Below are positions 1-12,304 of a stretch of DNA of 64,000 nucleotides, in pieces. Origin of the DNA: an uncultured delta proteobacterium (GTDB lineage: Bacteria; Desulfobacterota; Desulfobacteria; Desulfobacterales; SG8-13); NCBI GenBank assembly GCA_963825595.1, contig CAWGUE010000031.1:2270-66269 (forward strand), given 5' to 3'. The notes beneath the pieces were generated by a model that saw only the letters and a program-made list of their open reading frames with translations, ran no database searches and was not told the origin of the DNA. Position 1 is the first letter of the stretch. Every line of letters begins with the position of its first letter. The position numbers and the translations under genes are program-made.

Positions 1-45
1 TCAATGTCAGTGTCCAAAATCTATTAACTCGTTACAAAGGAGAAA

Positions 46-562
46 ATGACCATGAAGAACAACACGTTAACCAAAGGGAATTGTCATTCTTGCGGCCATC
101 GCTACGGTGGGACTTATCGCCACGGCCTATGCTGGTTGGGGCAGCGGCGGCTACGGTCACATGGGTCGCGGCTGGGGCCACATGGGATGGGGCGGGCCCG
201 GAAACGGTGGAGATTACCCGGCCTTGACCGACGAGCAGCGCCAGACTATGGAGCAAGAACGCCGGACATTCTTTGAGGAAACCAACGATCTGCGGCAAAA
301 TCTGTATACCAAGGAACTCGCGCTGAGGAGCGAACTGGCCAAATCCGATGCGGATGCGCAAAAGGCCGCTGCAATTCAGAAAGACATATCCAAACTCGAG
401 GCGGAATTGGACCAGAAACGGTTGAATCACGTCGTCAAAATGAAACAGGTTAACCCCGATGCCGGGCGCGGATTTATGATGGGCGGCAGAGGCCGTGGTG
501 GAAGAATGGGCTATGGTCCGGGAACCGGGCGCGGTCCTGGAGGCGGATACTGCTGGGATTGA
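46..562 (+). CDS. ZraP/Spy/CpxP-like periplasmic heavy-metal sensor/chaperone (apparent +1 frameshift near nt 75-80)
   Basis: AAGGAG RBS before ATG46. MTMKNNTLTK(G)IVILAAIATVGLIATAYA signal peptide is restored by removing one G in 'aaagggaatt'. Core LTDEQ..FFEET..LRQ.LY.KELAL.SEL..PD with Gly/Met/His-rich ends. Confidence 0.8.
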
Positions 563-590
563 TACAGACGGAATTCATAGTTCAGTCTGC

Positions 591-616
591 GGGGCGGTTT
601 CATGATAAACCGCCCC
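591..616 (+). terminator. stem-loop, probable terminator
   Basis: GGGGCGGTTT-catgat-AAACCGCCCC perfect 10-bp stem just after the ZraP-like gene. Confidence 0.55.
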
Positions 617-1026
617 CCATAGGACTTTCGAAATAGTTGATCCATAAACGTCCTGGGAACCCATTGGGGCAAATAATCTGGAACTCGGTGATATAATTCA
701 TCGCCACTTCTCATTTATAGGACATCTTACCGAACAACGCCTCGACACCCTGGTCAATCAGACAGCCCCAAGAACCACTGATTTACTGAAAGAAGACGGC
801 ATCGACTGTCCCGTCCGCAACGCTTAGAAGCAAACCTTTACCGGGATATGATCCCGGTTCGACATTTCCGCTTTAGCAATCTGCAGATGTCTTTCCCGAC
901 ATTCCATCGATACACTGCGTGACTTCCCGGGCATCAGGTCTTATACTTCTATCGGGGTGTCCCAATTGAGGTTGATAAATCTATAACACGCCCAGTGGGA
1001 CGCCACCCCCTAAGGAGAATCGAATA

Positions 1027-1287
1027 ATGATACCAAAATCAAACAACACGGCGACGGTCATTGACCCGGTGTGTGGAATGACTGTGGACCCACAAGACCG
1101 CTCGTTCGTAGCCAACTACAAAAACAGCGTCTACCACTTCTGTGCCGAGGCCTGCCGGATAGCTTTCGACAAAAACCCGGAAGAATATCTGACTGACAAA
1201 GCCCATAAGCCGAAAGGCTTCTGGAAGCGTTACCTCGACCGATTGAACAAAGCTACCGGTGGCAAGCCCCCCCAATGCTGCCAGTGA
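1027..1287 (+). CDS. YHS-domain metal-binding protein
   Basis: DPVCGM..YHFCAEAC..F..NPEEY motif, C-terminal PQCCQ, AAGGAG RBS. Confidence 0.85.
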   Translation: MIPKSNNTATVIDPVCGMTVDPQDRSFVANYKNSVYHFCAEACRIAFDKNPEEYLTDKAHKPKGFWKRYLDRLNKATGGKPPQCCQ

Positions 1288-1337
1288 CATATGACACCGC
1301 GATTGCGCCGGGTGCCGTCTTCCGGGGAGATTGAACC

Positions 1338-1889
1338 ATGCCGTACAAAAACGGAAACGTCGTCAACGTAGAAGGGAACGGATGGGCTGAGGTGGTCACC
1401 GATAAACTCGACGCATGTGCCGACTGCGTGTCGGCACGCAATTGTCCATCAGACTGCAGAAGTGCCAAGATGGTGACAAGGGTCAGGGATGAGATCGGAG
1501 TCCGGGTCGGTGATACTGTCTCTATCTACATCAGCAGAGGATCGATGTTGAAGAGTGCAGCCATCCTCTATCTGGTTCCGGTTGTATTTCTTCTGATCGG
1601 TGCCGGTATAGGTTCAACTATCGCACATCGTCTTAGTTTGGGGAACACCTCGGCAGCCATCATGGTCGGTTTGGCGGGTCTTTGCTTGGGCTATTTTTTG
1701 GTAAAAGCTTTCTCCATGCGCCTGTCGTCGGAAAGCGGCTTTTTCCCAAAAATCGACCGCATTCTGTACGGAAGTACCGACACCGACCCCGTGGCACCGA
1801 CCCGTATCAGTATCGGCGTCGTGGGCCCGATTGAAGATTGGAGGGAGACAGCGAACAACCAGCCGCCCCCACCTCAAAACATCGAATAA
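1338..1889 (+). CDS. SoxR reducing system RseC family membrane protein
   Basis: ACADC..RNC motif, 'VGDTVSI', 'AAILYLVP', two TM helices. Confidence 0.8.
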   Translation: MPYKNGNVVNVEGNGWAEVVTDKLDACADCVSARNCPSDCRSAKMVTRVRDEIGVRVGDTVSIYISRGSMLKSAAILYLVPVVFLLIGAGIGSTIAHRLSLGNTSAAIMVGLAGLCLGYFLVKAFSMRLSSESGFFPKIDRILYGSTDTDPVAPTRISIGVVGPIEDWRETANNQPPPPQNIE

Positions 1890-2375
1890 TACGATCCCTA
1901 CACCGCGTTGCCGCCATCAGGGTAGAGTTGCTTTAATGATGATGCGCCGCGGCATAGCTGGGGATGGTGCCGCATTGTGACATAAACCCCAATTGAGCTA
2001 TTTTTAAGGCTTGCTCGCCTTTGGCGATGTTGCTGCAGATACAGCGTAGCGAAATCCCGCCCCAGCGGGAGAAACTGACGCTCCGCTAATCTCTGCTATG
2101 CGGGTCCCGCTTACGGGGAGGTGCGGTGACCCGCCTGAGTCGGATAAAAATTGTAAATCTCATAAGGGCTATATATTTACGAAAATATGAAACGCTCGAA
2201 TTGGGGCACCACCGAAAGGTAACCGGTGAAACGCCTCGTGGCCTATCTTTCAGGATAATCCAATGCCCTGGTTTTAACCAAACCTTTGCGGGAAGTTTTT
2301 CAGGCAACTAGGAAATCTTCAAAAAAATATCCACTATCGCCACTTATAGAAAATTCAAATTAGTTGAGGGTGCCA

Positions 2376-4539
2376 ATGCGCATTCGCTGGAAGCTTCTTA
2401 TAGTTCTGTTGAGTCTTTCACTGGTTCCCATACTCATGCTTCGGGTAAACGGACAGCGCGGCATGCAGAGAATGGGCAACGACCTGGCATCAATTGCCCG
2501 TGAGGTTCTCATTAAGAAAGCCGGTCTCGAACTGACCCTGCTGGTTGAGGAGCATGCATGGGCGTTGCGGCTCGAGAGAGAATTGATCGAGATGATCCTA
2601 CGCGTTCAGGCCTCTGAGCTTGAAAAACGAATCGCCGGTGCCCATCACACCACCTCGTTCGGCAATGGTAAACTCACAGCCCAGACCGAATTGGCTCGAA
2701 GCGCAAGCGAAAAATCGGCCCCACGATTTCGAATCACCGGCATGGGACGTTTTGCACCGCTGTCGGTCGACTACGATAGTCTGAGCCAGAAATTCACCAA
2801 TGAAACGGTAAGGGAAAACGGTGAAATATCGTCCGTTCTCCTCTCGATGGTACCGGTATTCCACGACCTTGTCCTTTCTCATCCGGATCTCATTCATTGG
2901 CAAATTGTGGCTTTGAATGACGGGACGCAAGGCGTTTATCCCGCATTGTCCAAAATTCCCATGGCATACAATGCCTTGCACACGGAATGGTATCGGTCGG
3001 CTGTAGACGCAGAAACGGGTCGTTTGGTCGCAAGCCGTCACCGGACCCCTTCACGCGCCAGTTCAGCTTCACTGTATCGATGCCCCTTTACTCTCCCGAC
3101 CGGTCAAATCCTCGGCGCCACTGCGATTTCCGTTCCGGTCAGCGTCCTTGCTGCAGGAGGACGAACACTTCCGACTTTTCTCGGAAAACATCCAGCTTTT
3201 CCTCGTCCGCGCAGAATCGTCAACTGATACAGACACCCCCACCATCGAGTCGTTGCCCGGGAACACAAAGTTGAACAGAGGCACCATCATTGGTGGACAC
3301 TCACTCGATTGAAAGCTTGCCGATTAATGATCCGGAAATCGTTCGCAAGATGACCTTGGACTTGCAGGCCCAGCGCACGGGGGTCGTCGAAACAAAATAC
3401 GACGGTGTCGATAGTCTATTGGTCTATGGCAGCATCGATGAGTTCGGTACGGCCCTGCTTTTGATCGTTCCCAAGGTCGACTTCGTTGCCGAGGCCGTCG
3501 CCATGGAAAAAACCGTTCACGAACGGGTAGAGGCAAACATTCAAATTACCGGTATCATCCTCATCCGCCATAATTGTACTGGTTATCGTCCTCGCCTTCG
3601 TGCTGGCCAAGTCGATGACGATGAACATTCAGAAACTGGTCGAGGTCACACGCAGAGTTGCCGACGGGGATTTCAACAGCCAGGGCCGAGATCCGCTCTC
3701 GAGATGAGATGGGGGAACTGGGCCGAACATTCGATCAGATGGTGCCCGCCCTGGATGAGCGGGTCCGTATGAAGCAAGCGTTGGATGTGGCCATGCAAGT
3801 ACAGCAGAACCTGTTGCCGAGGAAACTACCGCAACCCGACGGATTGGAGGTTGCCGGACGCAGTATGTATTGCGATGAGACCGGCGGCGACTTTTTCGAT
3901 TTTATGGATTTCTGCTGCCGGGAAGACAGCACCCTGGGGGTTGCCGTGGGTGATGTCTCGGGGCACGGCATATCGGCCGCACTGCTGATGTCGACCACCA
4001 GGGCGTTCCTGCGAAGTCGGGTCAACCAGCCCGGCGGTCTCGGTGATATTGTCAACGATGTCAATGTGTTGCTATCTAAAGACACCGGCAACTCGGGAGA
4101 ATTTGTCACGCTTTTTTACACCGAAATCGACCGATCCCGTGGTGAAATCCGCTGGGCCCGTGCCGGGCACGATCCGGCGCTGCTGTATGACCCGCAAAGC
4201 GACCGGTTTGACGAACTACAGGGGGAAGGCCTGGCGATGGGAATCGATCCATTCTTTCAGTACGCGGAAAATGTTAAAAACGGCCTGGCGGAGGGGCAGA
4301 TCATTGTTATCGGTACCGACGGCATCTGGGAAACCCGTAATGACTCCGGTGAAATGTTCGGAAAAAATCGCCTGGAGGGTTTGATACGGTTAACATGCCA
4401 ACGATCCGCCGACCAAATTGCGACTGCAGTGTTTGATGAGCTCGAGGCTTTCCGGGCGGGGACAAAACAGTCAGACGATGTCACCCTGGTGGTGATCAAA
4501 ATCAACGGTGCCGATGGCCGTGAACGCTTGCCAGGTTAG
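2376..4539 (+). CDS. membrane-bound Cache/HAMP + SpoIIE (PP2C-type) phosphatase, broken by several frameshifts
   Basis: N-terminal TM, HAMP (DEMGELGRTFDQM), SpoIIE motifs GGDFFD, GDVSGHG, TDGIWE, DDVT. Pieces lie in frames 2364, 2987, 3290 and 3658. Confidence 0.8.
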
Positions 4540-4601
4540 TCCGTATATTTCATGAATATTGTTTTAACCACTTCTGAACAGACGGCCTGGCAGGTACCAA
4601 T

Positions 4602-6056
4602 TCACAGCACGGGCCCAAGCATGGCAATGGCGTTATTCCAGAGCTGGCGACGCAAGGTCCAGCGCGCGACTATTTCGGCGGTAACCGGTTTGGATTTGGC
4701 GATGTAACTGTCCTGCCGCTGACGCATGACATCCGTCAGCGTTGGGTCGTAGAACAAGATGTTGTTCTCGTAATTGAGTTCGAAACTTCGACGGTCCATG
4801 TTGGCGGAACCGATCAGCGTTATCTCCCCGTCAAGGGTCAGGGACTTAGTGTGCAACAGCCCGCCCTCGTATTCGAAAATTCGGACACCGGCTGCGAGCA
4901 GATCGCCGTAGTAACTTCGACTGGCCGCTCCGACGATCCATGAGTCGTTCCTGGCCGGAAAAATAATGGTCGTATCGACCCCGCGACGGGCGCTCGCACA
5001 CAAACCGACCTGCATGGCTTCATCGGGAACGTAATACGGGGTCGAGATAACCAACTCTCGGCGGGCGGTGTACATCAACGACTCGAACATCTCGGGCATG
5101 GCGGAGTAGCGAATTGTCGGCCCGGTCCCGACCACCTGGGCCGGCAACCCGGGTTGAACCGGCGCAAGCGGCTGCTTCAACAGATGGCTGATATCTTCGT
5201 CCACGCCGGACATCCAGTCACCGATGAACAGATATTGGTTCTGGCGGGCGATCGGCCCCTCGAAGCGCATCATGGCGTCCACCCATGGGGCATACTTCGC
5301 CTTGACCAGAAACTCCGGGTCGGCGCAGTTCTGGCTTCCGCAATACGTGATGTGATTGTCAATGACGACGATCTTGCGGTGATTGCGCAAGTCGATACGC
5401 CCCTTCAGCGGTCGCAACAACGGGTTGCCGATCGGCAGGGCGTCGGCCAGATGGACGCCCGCTTTGCGCATGGCCGGCCAATGTTCCGAGTGGATCATGG
5501 TGCGCGAGCCCAGGCTGTCCGCCATGGCCCGGCAGGTGACGCCGCGCGCAGCAGCCCGCTTGAGCGCCTCGACCACCTTGAGACCGTTATTGTCCGGCAG
5601 CCAGATGTAGAACAAGAGATGGACGTGGTCTTTGGCGGCATCGATGTCGGCGACGATAGAGGTGATGGACGCGTTCGAATCCTGCATTAACTGCGCCCGG
5701 TTGCCGCCCACCGGATCGAACCCGTTGATGGATTTTCCGACTTGAAACAGATGGGCATAGCGTTGCGGCACATCGACTTGCAGATTCGTCGCGTCCGCTC
5801 CTGCCGCGGCGGCCACATCCGGCAGCCGAGAGAGAACCGCATGCGCCCGCTCCACTCGGTGTCGGCCGATGTTCGTTTCACCAAACAGGATATATGCCAG
5901 AATGCCCAACACCGGAACGGCAATAATGACCACGATCCAGGCGATCCGCGACGCCGGTTCCCGATGGGGTCGCAGCAGTACCCTCACAATAAGAGCGATC
6001 TGGATGAGAATGTGTAGGGTCACGAACATGGACGTTGTAAATGAGCTTTCGCTCAT
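4602..6056 (-). CDS. cls: cardiolipin synthase
   Basis: two HKD motifs (NHRKIVVID, LHTKSLTLD), GSANMDRRSF.LNYE, N-terminal PLDc_N TM pair. Confidence 0.9.
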   Translation of the reverse strand: MSESSFTTSMFVTLHILIQIALIVRVLLRPHREPASRIAWIVVIIAVPVLGILAYILFGETNIGRHRVERAHAVLSRLPDVAAAAGADATNLQVDVPQRYAHLFQVGKSINGFDPVGGNRAQLMQDSNASITSIVADIDAAKDHVHLLFYIWLPDNNGLKVVEALKRAAARGVTCRAMADSLGSRTMIHSEHWPAMRKAGVHLADALPIGNPLLRPLKGRIDLRNHRKIVVIDNHITYCGSQNCADPEFLVKAKYAPWVDAMMRFEGPIARQNQYLFIGDWMSGVDEDISHLLKQPLAPVQPGLPAQVVGTGPTIRYSAMPEMFESLMYTARRELVISTPYYVPDEAMQVGLCASARRGVDTTIIFPARNDSWIVGAASRSYYGDLLAAGVRIFEYEGGLLHTKSLTLDGEITLIGSANMDRRSFELNYENNILFYDPTLTDVMRQRQDSYIAKSKPVTAEIVARWTLRRQLWNNAIAMLGPVL

Positions 6057-6129
6057 CGATCGAATTCTCCCTTCACGAGCGATCTCTCCGTTTATATTAT
6101 CTTGTCCTTTTTAACCCAAATCGATTCAA

Positions 6130-6818
6130 TCAGGGTTTTCGGTCTTCCACTAATGGTTGTCCATACCCGGGCAGGTCGAGCCAACTGATGACCCGTGTAT
6201 TTTCGCGGGTGTAACTTTCATCGCCGCCATAAACAACATTGGAATTTCAAACGTTGATAAATCTTTTACATTGATCAGAATCCTGAGATCGCGTTCCACA
6301 TAAGTATTAACATAAAACATCATAGCATCAACAGCATCCAAGTTTTGATCAAAAATTCGTGGATAGAAACCTGTATGCAATACCTTGTTGATGCTAACGT
6401 CCTTGAGTGAATCCGCATATGCCTCTGTCAAGGTAAACGGAAGGAGGCGAATAATTGCAGTTCGACCGGCAAGGGATTGCGAAATACTTTTTAGCAGATC
6501 AAACTGTTGGCTACCTGTTAAAATGTAAAAACCTGCCTCTTGTTTCTCATCCACTATGGTTTGTATATAGGACATCAGGTCCGGAGCTCTTTGAATCTCA
6601 TCTAAAACAACACCATTGAGATATTGGTTTAAAAAACCGCGGGGGTCGTTTTGGGCATACTGGCGTTTGTCTATATCTTCGAGGGATACATATGCTTTGT
6701 TTTTAAAAAGCATTTTGCACAGTGTTGTCTTGCCTGATTGCCTGGGACCGGTGATCGTTACAACAGGATATTGGCTGGCATACAACAGCGTCTTGGTTGC
6801 AATATCTCTTGGTATCAT
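6130..6818 (-). pseudogene. AAA_14/DUF4143 ATP-binding protein with internal deletion
   Basis: GPRQSGKTT, LDEIQ, TGSQQF, SLAGR and TYVERD are present. After KDLSTFE the sequence jumps to the family C-terminus (VVYGGDESYTRENTRVISW) in another frame. The 3' boundary is approximate. Confidence 0.75.
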
Positions 6819-7322
6819 ACAGGCACCTGATATCCTTTTTGGGTTATGCTGGAGTATTTTTCCAATCGAGGCATAGAAATATTACATATAATTTCAGAAT
6901 GTTCAATAGATTCTTACAAATTGGGAATCGAATTCCCAATCTGTACGCAGAAATAAACGCAGAGAATTCGGAACAGTCGCCTGGAATCCGATGAAAATGT
7001 ATTGACAAAAGGCACACGTATATCTTTGTTAAAGGATATCTTCAAATGTGAAAACAAGGGTAGCATTTTGATGACGGCTTTGCGCGTTGAAAAGGGCCGG
7101 AATCGACAGGTGAAACAAACGGAAATGAGACCGGATACTTTTTACCCACCCGCCCTGTTTATCTGGATACTTTCAACGCAGTATCATGGTCTCGTTGCCC
7201 AAAACCGCGGAACTCATCTTTCTCTCCGACAAGATCAGATTTTTCTTTTTTCTTAACAATATAGATACCATACAAAATCGGGTGCCTCTGCAACCACATA
7301 CCCCACCCTCATCTCTACCTGA

Positions 7323-7338
7323 TGGCACGGTATATGCT
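7323..7338 (+). promoter_or_regulatory. sigma54 (-24/-12) promoter
   Basis: TGGCACG-GTAT-ATGCT upstream of a ZraP-like gene; paired enhancer-like boxes at 7132-7148 and 7164-7180. Confidence 0.7.
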
Positions 7339-7449
7339 CTACTTGAAGATATGAATTCCGATCCATTACGAAAACCTGTTGGAATTACTATTATTGATTT
7401 CAGAAGTTTCACGAAAGTTCAAAAAAACTTAACCCAAAGGAGATAGACA

Positions 7450-8299
7450 ATGAAAGTCATATTCAAATCGACACCCCTTCTCGTCGCAGCTTTTCTGATG
7501 TTAATGGGCATTGCCGACACGGCGACAGCCGGCCGGGGGATGGGATATGGGCACCGCGGCGGGTACGCCGGCGATCTCAGCGAAGACGACATCAAAGCTT
7601 TGAATAAAGAACGCCAGACCTTTTTCGAGGCCACCCGCGACCTGCGCCAGGACATGTACCGCAAAGAACTGGAACTGCAAACCGAACTGGCACAGAAGAC
7701 TCCGGATGCCAAAAAAGCCGCCGCTTTGCAGGAAGACATTTCCAAGCTTGAATCAGAGTTCGACCAGAAGCGTCTATCGCACATGATGAACATGCGAAAG
7801 ATCGCTCCTGAAGCCGGTATGATGGGACCGGGTATGATGGGTCCAGGCATGATGATGGGACCGGGAATGATGGGCGACGATGACGGAGACTGGAACTGCC
7901 CGTACGGCGGCGGCACCATGGGTCGGGGAGGCGGACACGGCATGATGGGACGCGGTTATGGAGTAGGGAAGCGGAATGATGATGGGACGCGGATCTGGTA
8001 TGGGTCCCGGTATGATGGGGCGCGGTTACGGCGCAGGCAGAGAATGGATGCGTGGTACCCCTGAAGCGGGAGAATCAGGCCAACGTTCCGGCGGGACGCA
8101 AACGCCCCTCAAAGAGGACGACGCCCGATCGGTTGTCGAGAAATATTTGACATCCACCCGCAACCCGAACTTGAAACTTGGAAAGATCACCGAAAGGGAA
8201 GATGTTTTTGAAGCCGAAATCGTCACCAAGGACGGCTCCCTGGTGGACAAGGTCATCGTCGACAAATCCAACGGGTGGATGCGTCCAGCCTACGAATAA
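7450..8299 (+). CDS. ZraP/Spy-like periplasmic protein with Met/Gly-rich repeats and a C-terminal PepSY-like domain (frameshift near 7960-7980)
   Basis: signal peptide, ZraP-like helical core, GPGMM repeats; continues in frame 7976-8299 (FEAEIVTKDGSLVDKVIVDK..GWM). Confidence 0.7.
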
Positions 8300-8325
8300 C
8301 GCAATGCAACTATTTGAGGACGAAC

Positions 8326-9808
8326 ATGGGCGACACGTTTAACGCCGGCATCCCCATCACCAGACGAAAATTCCTGAAAACCTCAGCGGGCGTCGTGCTC
8401 GGCACCTGCCTGCCGACACCCCTGCTGTCACTGGCTGAAGCGGCGCCATCGAAAAGGATCAAAGAATTTCACTTCTCCGCTTCTCCGGCCAGGGTCCATC
8501 TCGGCCAGGGGCCGGAATTTACCGCCTGGACATACAACGGTCAGGTTCCGGGACCGGAAATCCGGGTCACGGAAGGTGACATCGTCAGGGTATATCTGAA
8601 GAATTTTTTGCCTGAAGGGACAACCATTCACTGGCACGGCATTCCACTCAAAAATGCCATGGACGGTGTTCCCCACGTGACCCAGCCGCCGGTCATGCCG
8701 GGTGATAGTTTTGTCTACGAATTCGAAGCCCGAACCCCGGGCAGTTTCATGTATCATTCGCATGCCGGGTATCAACTCGATCAGGGGCTCTACGGGCCCC
8801 TGATCATCGAACCGACAAGGATGGATGAATCCTACGACCGGGAATACACCCTCGTTCTGGAAGATTGGGTCATGCGCGACGGGGGCGGTACGGCCCGCAC
8901 CGAGCGCCGCCCGCCCATGGGAATGATGCACGGTATGATGGGAAGAAGGCGCCGCTTCTCCAGTCCCGATGGTGGGACTCTTTGGGAACCGGTTTACGAC
9001 GGCTATGCCGTTAATGGTAAGGTGGCCAGGGCAATCGAACCGATATCGGTCGTCCGGGGCGATCGGGTCAAATTGCGGTTGATCAATGCGTCTTCAGCGA
9101 CGGTTTATTATTTGAGACTGTCGGGTCACACGCTGACAATCACCCATGCCGATGGCAATCCCATCCGTCCCATCGTTTCCGATGTGGTGCGTATCGGAAT
9201 GGGTGAGCGCTACGATGTCATGTTTACCGCCGACAATCCCGGCCGCTGGATGCTGGCCGCCGCCGACACGGGCCTGGGTGAAAACCGACTGCGGGTTCCG
9301 GTCGTCTACAAGGGCGTTAACTCGAAAGAAGAAGAGCCGCCGCTGTTTCACCGGGGCTTGTATCCCGCTGCGTATGCAGATTTCGAAGCCCGTCACCCGA
9401 GAAATGAATCCGAAGACACGTTCGACAAAGCCTACGATCAGATGCTCAGTGGCGGCATGCACGGATCTTCATGGACAATCAACGGTCAGGTCTATCCCGC
9501 TGCCGATAACCTTGTTGTCGCAAGCTGGCGAACGGGTGCGCCTGCGCTATGGAAACCACAGTATGATGGCCCATCCCATGCACCTGCATGGCCATTTTTT
9601 CAAGGTAGTGAACCCGGAACTTCCCCGCAGCCGTTGGGTACTGAAGGATACGATCATTGTCGATCGCATGCAGCGCATCGAGGTGGAGTTCCTGGCCGAC
9701 AACCCGGGCCGCTGGTTTCATCACTGCCACAACCTCTACCACATGGAGGCCGGGATGGCCAACGTGGTGGCGTACAGCGGTGGTACGGTTGATTCGGGCA
9801 ACGCCTGA
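8326..9808 (+). CDS. multicopper oxidase, Tat-exported (frameshift near 9520)
   Basis: TRRKFLK Tat motif, IHWHG, MYHSH; HPMHLHGH and HCHNLYHMEAGM in frame 9146-9808. Confidence 0.9.
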
Positions 9809-9961
9809 TCGAACGATATAACAGGGAGGCTTTCTGCTGTGAACATCGAAGGGTAACGATACCGTTTGTATTTGGCGGTAGCGGAAAGGCGTCGTTTTGA
9901 CTCCAGGGAGCAAATCGTCTATAATTCGACAAATTCATGTAAATCAAAGGATTTACTCAAT

Positions 9962-11482
9962 TTGCCGCCACCACCCAGAAACCCCAAAGCCTGCCGCTTC
10001 CCACTGTTCACTGTCGTTTTGACGGGGCTTTTGGTTGCCCAATTCGTGGCCATGGCCCAGGTATACGGGTCCAATCTGCGGCTTTTCCAGGACGTCTCCG
10101 CCCTGAACCGGGCGGGCTACCTGTCCATCCCCACACTTAAATCTCTTGAGGCATTGAAAACAATCGGTCCAGTAGTTTTCGGCGGACTTTTCTTCACCTT
10201 GAGCACCGGTGCGGGGCTCACCCTGGCCACCATCATCGGTATCTGGATCTGGCACAATCTGTCGCAGCGCAATCGGCCCATCATGATCCTGTTGCTTATC
10301 ATCTGGGTTGCCGGCCTTCTGATGGTCAACATCAACGGCTTTAACCTCTTCGGCTCGCTTTACTTTGCTTTGGTCCCAGCGGCCGTCTCTCTCGTTTATC
10401 TTCGCTGTCTGCCGCAGGCGTCCGACCGCAAAGGATTTTTGAACCGGCTGCTGCCCCTCTACCCGCTGGCATTCCTGGCCGTCATCTGGGGCATGCAAGC
10501 CGACAACCGCCTCTTCGTCAATATCAGGGATTTTCTTTTGCTTTCCAACCCGGTCGGCAAGTCAGTCAATGACTTTTACTACCGCTACACGCTTTATCCG
10601 GCCGAGGCGTTCAAATCGCTGGAACAGAAACTGCAGCGACCGATCAGGCTGACCGATATCCGGCCCGCCGCACTCGGTCGCAGGGTGGCGTCCCAATTGC
10701 GGTCCCGTGATTATCTGGTGGTGGGTAGCGATGAGCCGGTCGATTTGCAGATTAAACAGACGGGAGATCATCTGGACTGGCTGAATGACGGCACGCGAAT
10801 CCTGGCCGTCACGCCCGAATCGTTCCTTTCGAACCCGAACGCCGCACTTGCACAGGTCAGCCGCCAAACGGACCGATCGGCGTTCTTGCGCACATTTACC
10901 TTTTTCGGCATTCTGTTTGCATTTCCTGTCCTTCTCTACTGTGGCGTTTACGGTATTCTGCGGCTGCTGACGGGCCTTTTTCTGAAGCCTTCCGGTGCCA
11001 TCCTTCTCTCCAGCATACTGTGCTTTCTGATCGGAGTCGTGCTTCTGGTACCCGTATACCAGGGCGGTCGACGGCCGGTGAACACAGGAAACCTGGCGGC
11101 GGCATTAAACTCTGCCGACTGGCGTGATCGGGTAGCGGCCCTGAAACTGATAGAACAGCAGCAGCTGGAAATCAAGGCATACCCGTCCTATGAAAAATCG
11201 ATTTCCAGTCGGCATCTTCCCGAGAGATACTGGCTGGCCCAAGCACTGGGTTCGAGTAAAGAGGACCGCACGATTGACGAGCTATTGACGCTTCTGAACG
11301 ACCCTCAGCCCAATGTCGTGTGCCAGGCCCTCTATGCCCTTGGCAAGCGGGGGGGAGACAGACGTCCCGATATCGTCGAAACGATACTTGCAAAAATCGG
11401 CTCGACCGACAACTGGTATGTTCAGCGATACGCATACCTTGCCTTGAGGTCTCTCGGATGGCGTCAGCCCGCATCGAGCTGA
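9962..11482 (+). CDS. multi-TM membrane protein with C-terminal HEAT repeats
   Basis: long ORF with several TM segments and HEAT-like 'ERYWLAQALG..LLNDPQPNVVCQALYALG'; TTG start after AAAGGA is a best guess. Confidence 0.7.
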   Translation: MPPPPRNPKACRFPLFTVVLTGLLVAQFVAMAQVYGSNLRLFQDVSALNRAGYLSIPTLKSLEALKTIGPVVFGGLFFTLSTGAGLTLATIIGIWIWHNLSQRNRPIMILLLIIWVAGLLMVNINGFNLFGSLYFALVPAAVSLVYLRCLPQASDRKGFLNRLLPLYPLAFLAVIWGMQADNRLFVNIRDFLLLSNPVGKSVNDFYYRYTLYPAEAFKSLEQKLQRPIRLTDIRPAALGRRVASQLRSRDYLVVGSDEPVDLQIKQTGDHLDWLNDGTRILAVTPESFLSNPNAALAQVSRQTDRSAFLRTFTFFGILFAFPVLLYCGVYGILRLLTGLFLKPSGAILLSSILCFLIGVVLLVPVYQGGRRPVNTGNLAAALNSADWRDRVAALKLIEQQQLEIKAYPSYEKSISSRHLPERYWLAQALGSSKEDRTIDELLTLLNDPQPNVVCQALYALGKRGGDRRPDIVETILAKIGSTDNWYVQRYAYLALRSLGWRQPASS

Positions 11483-12099
11483 GAGTTTTACTCCTCGCGG
11501 TTCTGAGTATCTCTTTTATCGAGATCCTCGCTTCCGCTGCCGTGACCCGTTTCACGGCGAACGGGCTCGTGATCACCGGCAGCGCCCGGTTGCTGGAACT
11601 CTCGGCGATGGTCGCTATCCTTATCCATGCGAATCGCGGATTAACCGTCATCGGCCTAACGAAAGCCTCCGCCTTGCAAGGATTGTGGCGTGGCCTTTAC
11701 TGGTCGGCAGGTTTCGGGCTCCTTGCTTTGTTTGCCGGTATCGCTCTGTTTATCTCGGGAATAAACCCGCTCGACTTGATCGGCACGGCCCCGCAGACCG
11801 CACCCTCCCAAATTTTTCTGTTGTTCCTTGTCGGTGGTTTGATCGGACCGGTGGCCGAAGAATTTTTTTTCCGGGGCATCATCTACGGCTATTTCAGGCG
11901 ATGGGGAATACTGCCGGCCCTGCTTCTCAGCACCCTTCTATTCGTTCTCATGCATCCGGTCTTGACCTTTGCCCTCACCCAAACTATTGGCGGCATCGTC
12001 TTTGCGCTGGCTTATGAACGTGAAAGAAATCTGATGGTGCCGATGACAATTCACGTGCTGGGTAATGGTGCGATATTCGCCTTGACATTTTTAGTGTAG
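11458..12099 (+). CDS. CPBP (Abi/CAAX) family intramembrane glutamic endopeptidase
   Basis: PVAEEFFFRG, F..MH, H...N motifs. Confidence 0.85.
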   Translation: MASARIELRVLLLAVLSISFIEILASAAVTRFTANGLVITGSARLLELSAMVAILIHANRGLTVIGLTKASALQGLWRGLYWSAGFGLLALFAGIALFISGINPLDLIGTAPQTAPSQIFLLFLVGGLIGPVAEEFFFRGIIYGYFRRWGILPALLLSTLLFVLMHPVLTFALTQTIGGIVFALAYERERNLMVPMTIHVLGNGAIFALTFLV

Positions 12100-12304
12100 T
12101 TGATTGCAATTATGGTTTTCGGTCTTACAATAATCGATGACTGAACAGCAATAGCGTACGATTTAACGAACCCTCGGTGAGTTTTCCTAACTCGGAACTG
12201 CCGGGACGGAGAATGATCAACGACTTCAGCGCGCCTTGCGCGATAATATTGGAAAATAATAGCCAAAACTGAGCGTTTATGGCATTTTAAAAGGATTATT
12301 CAAA

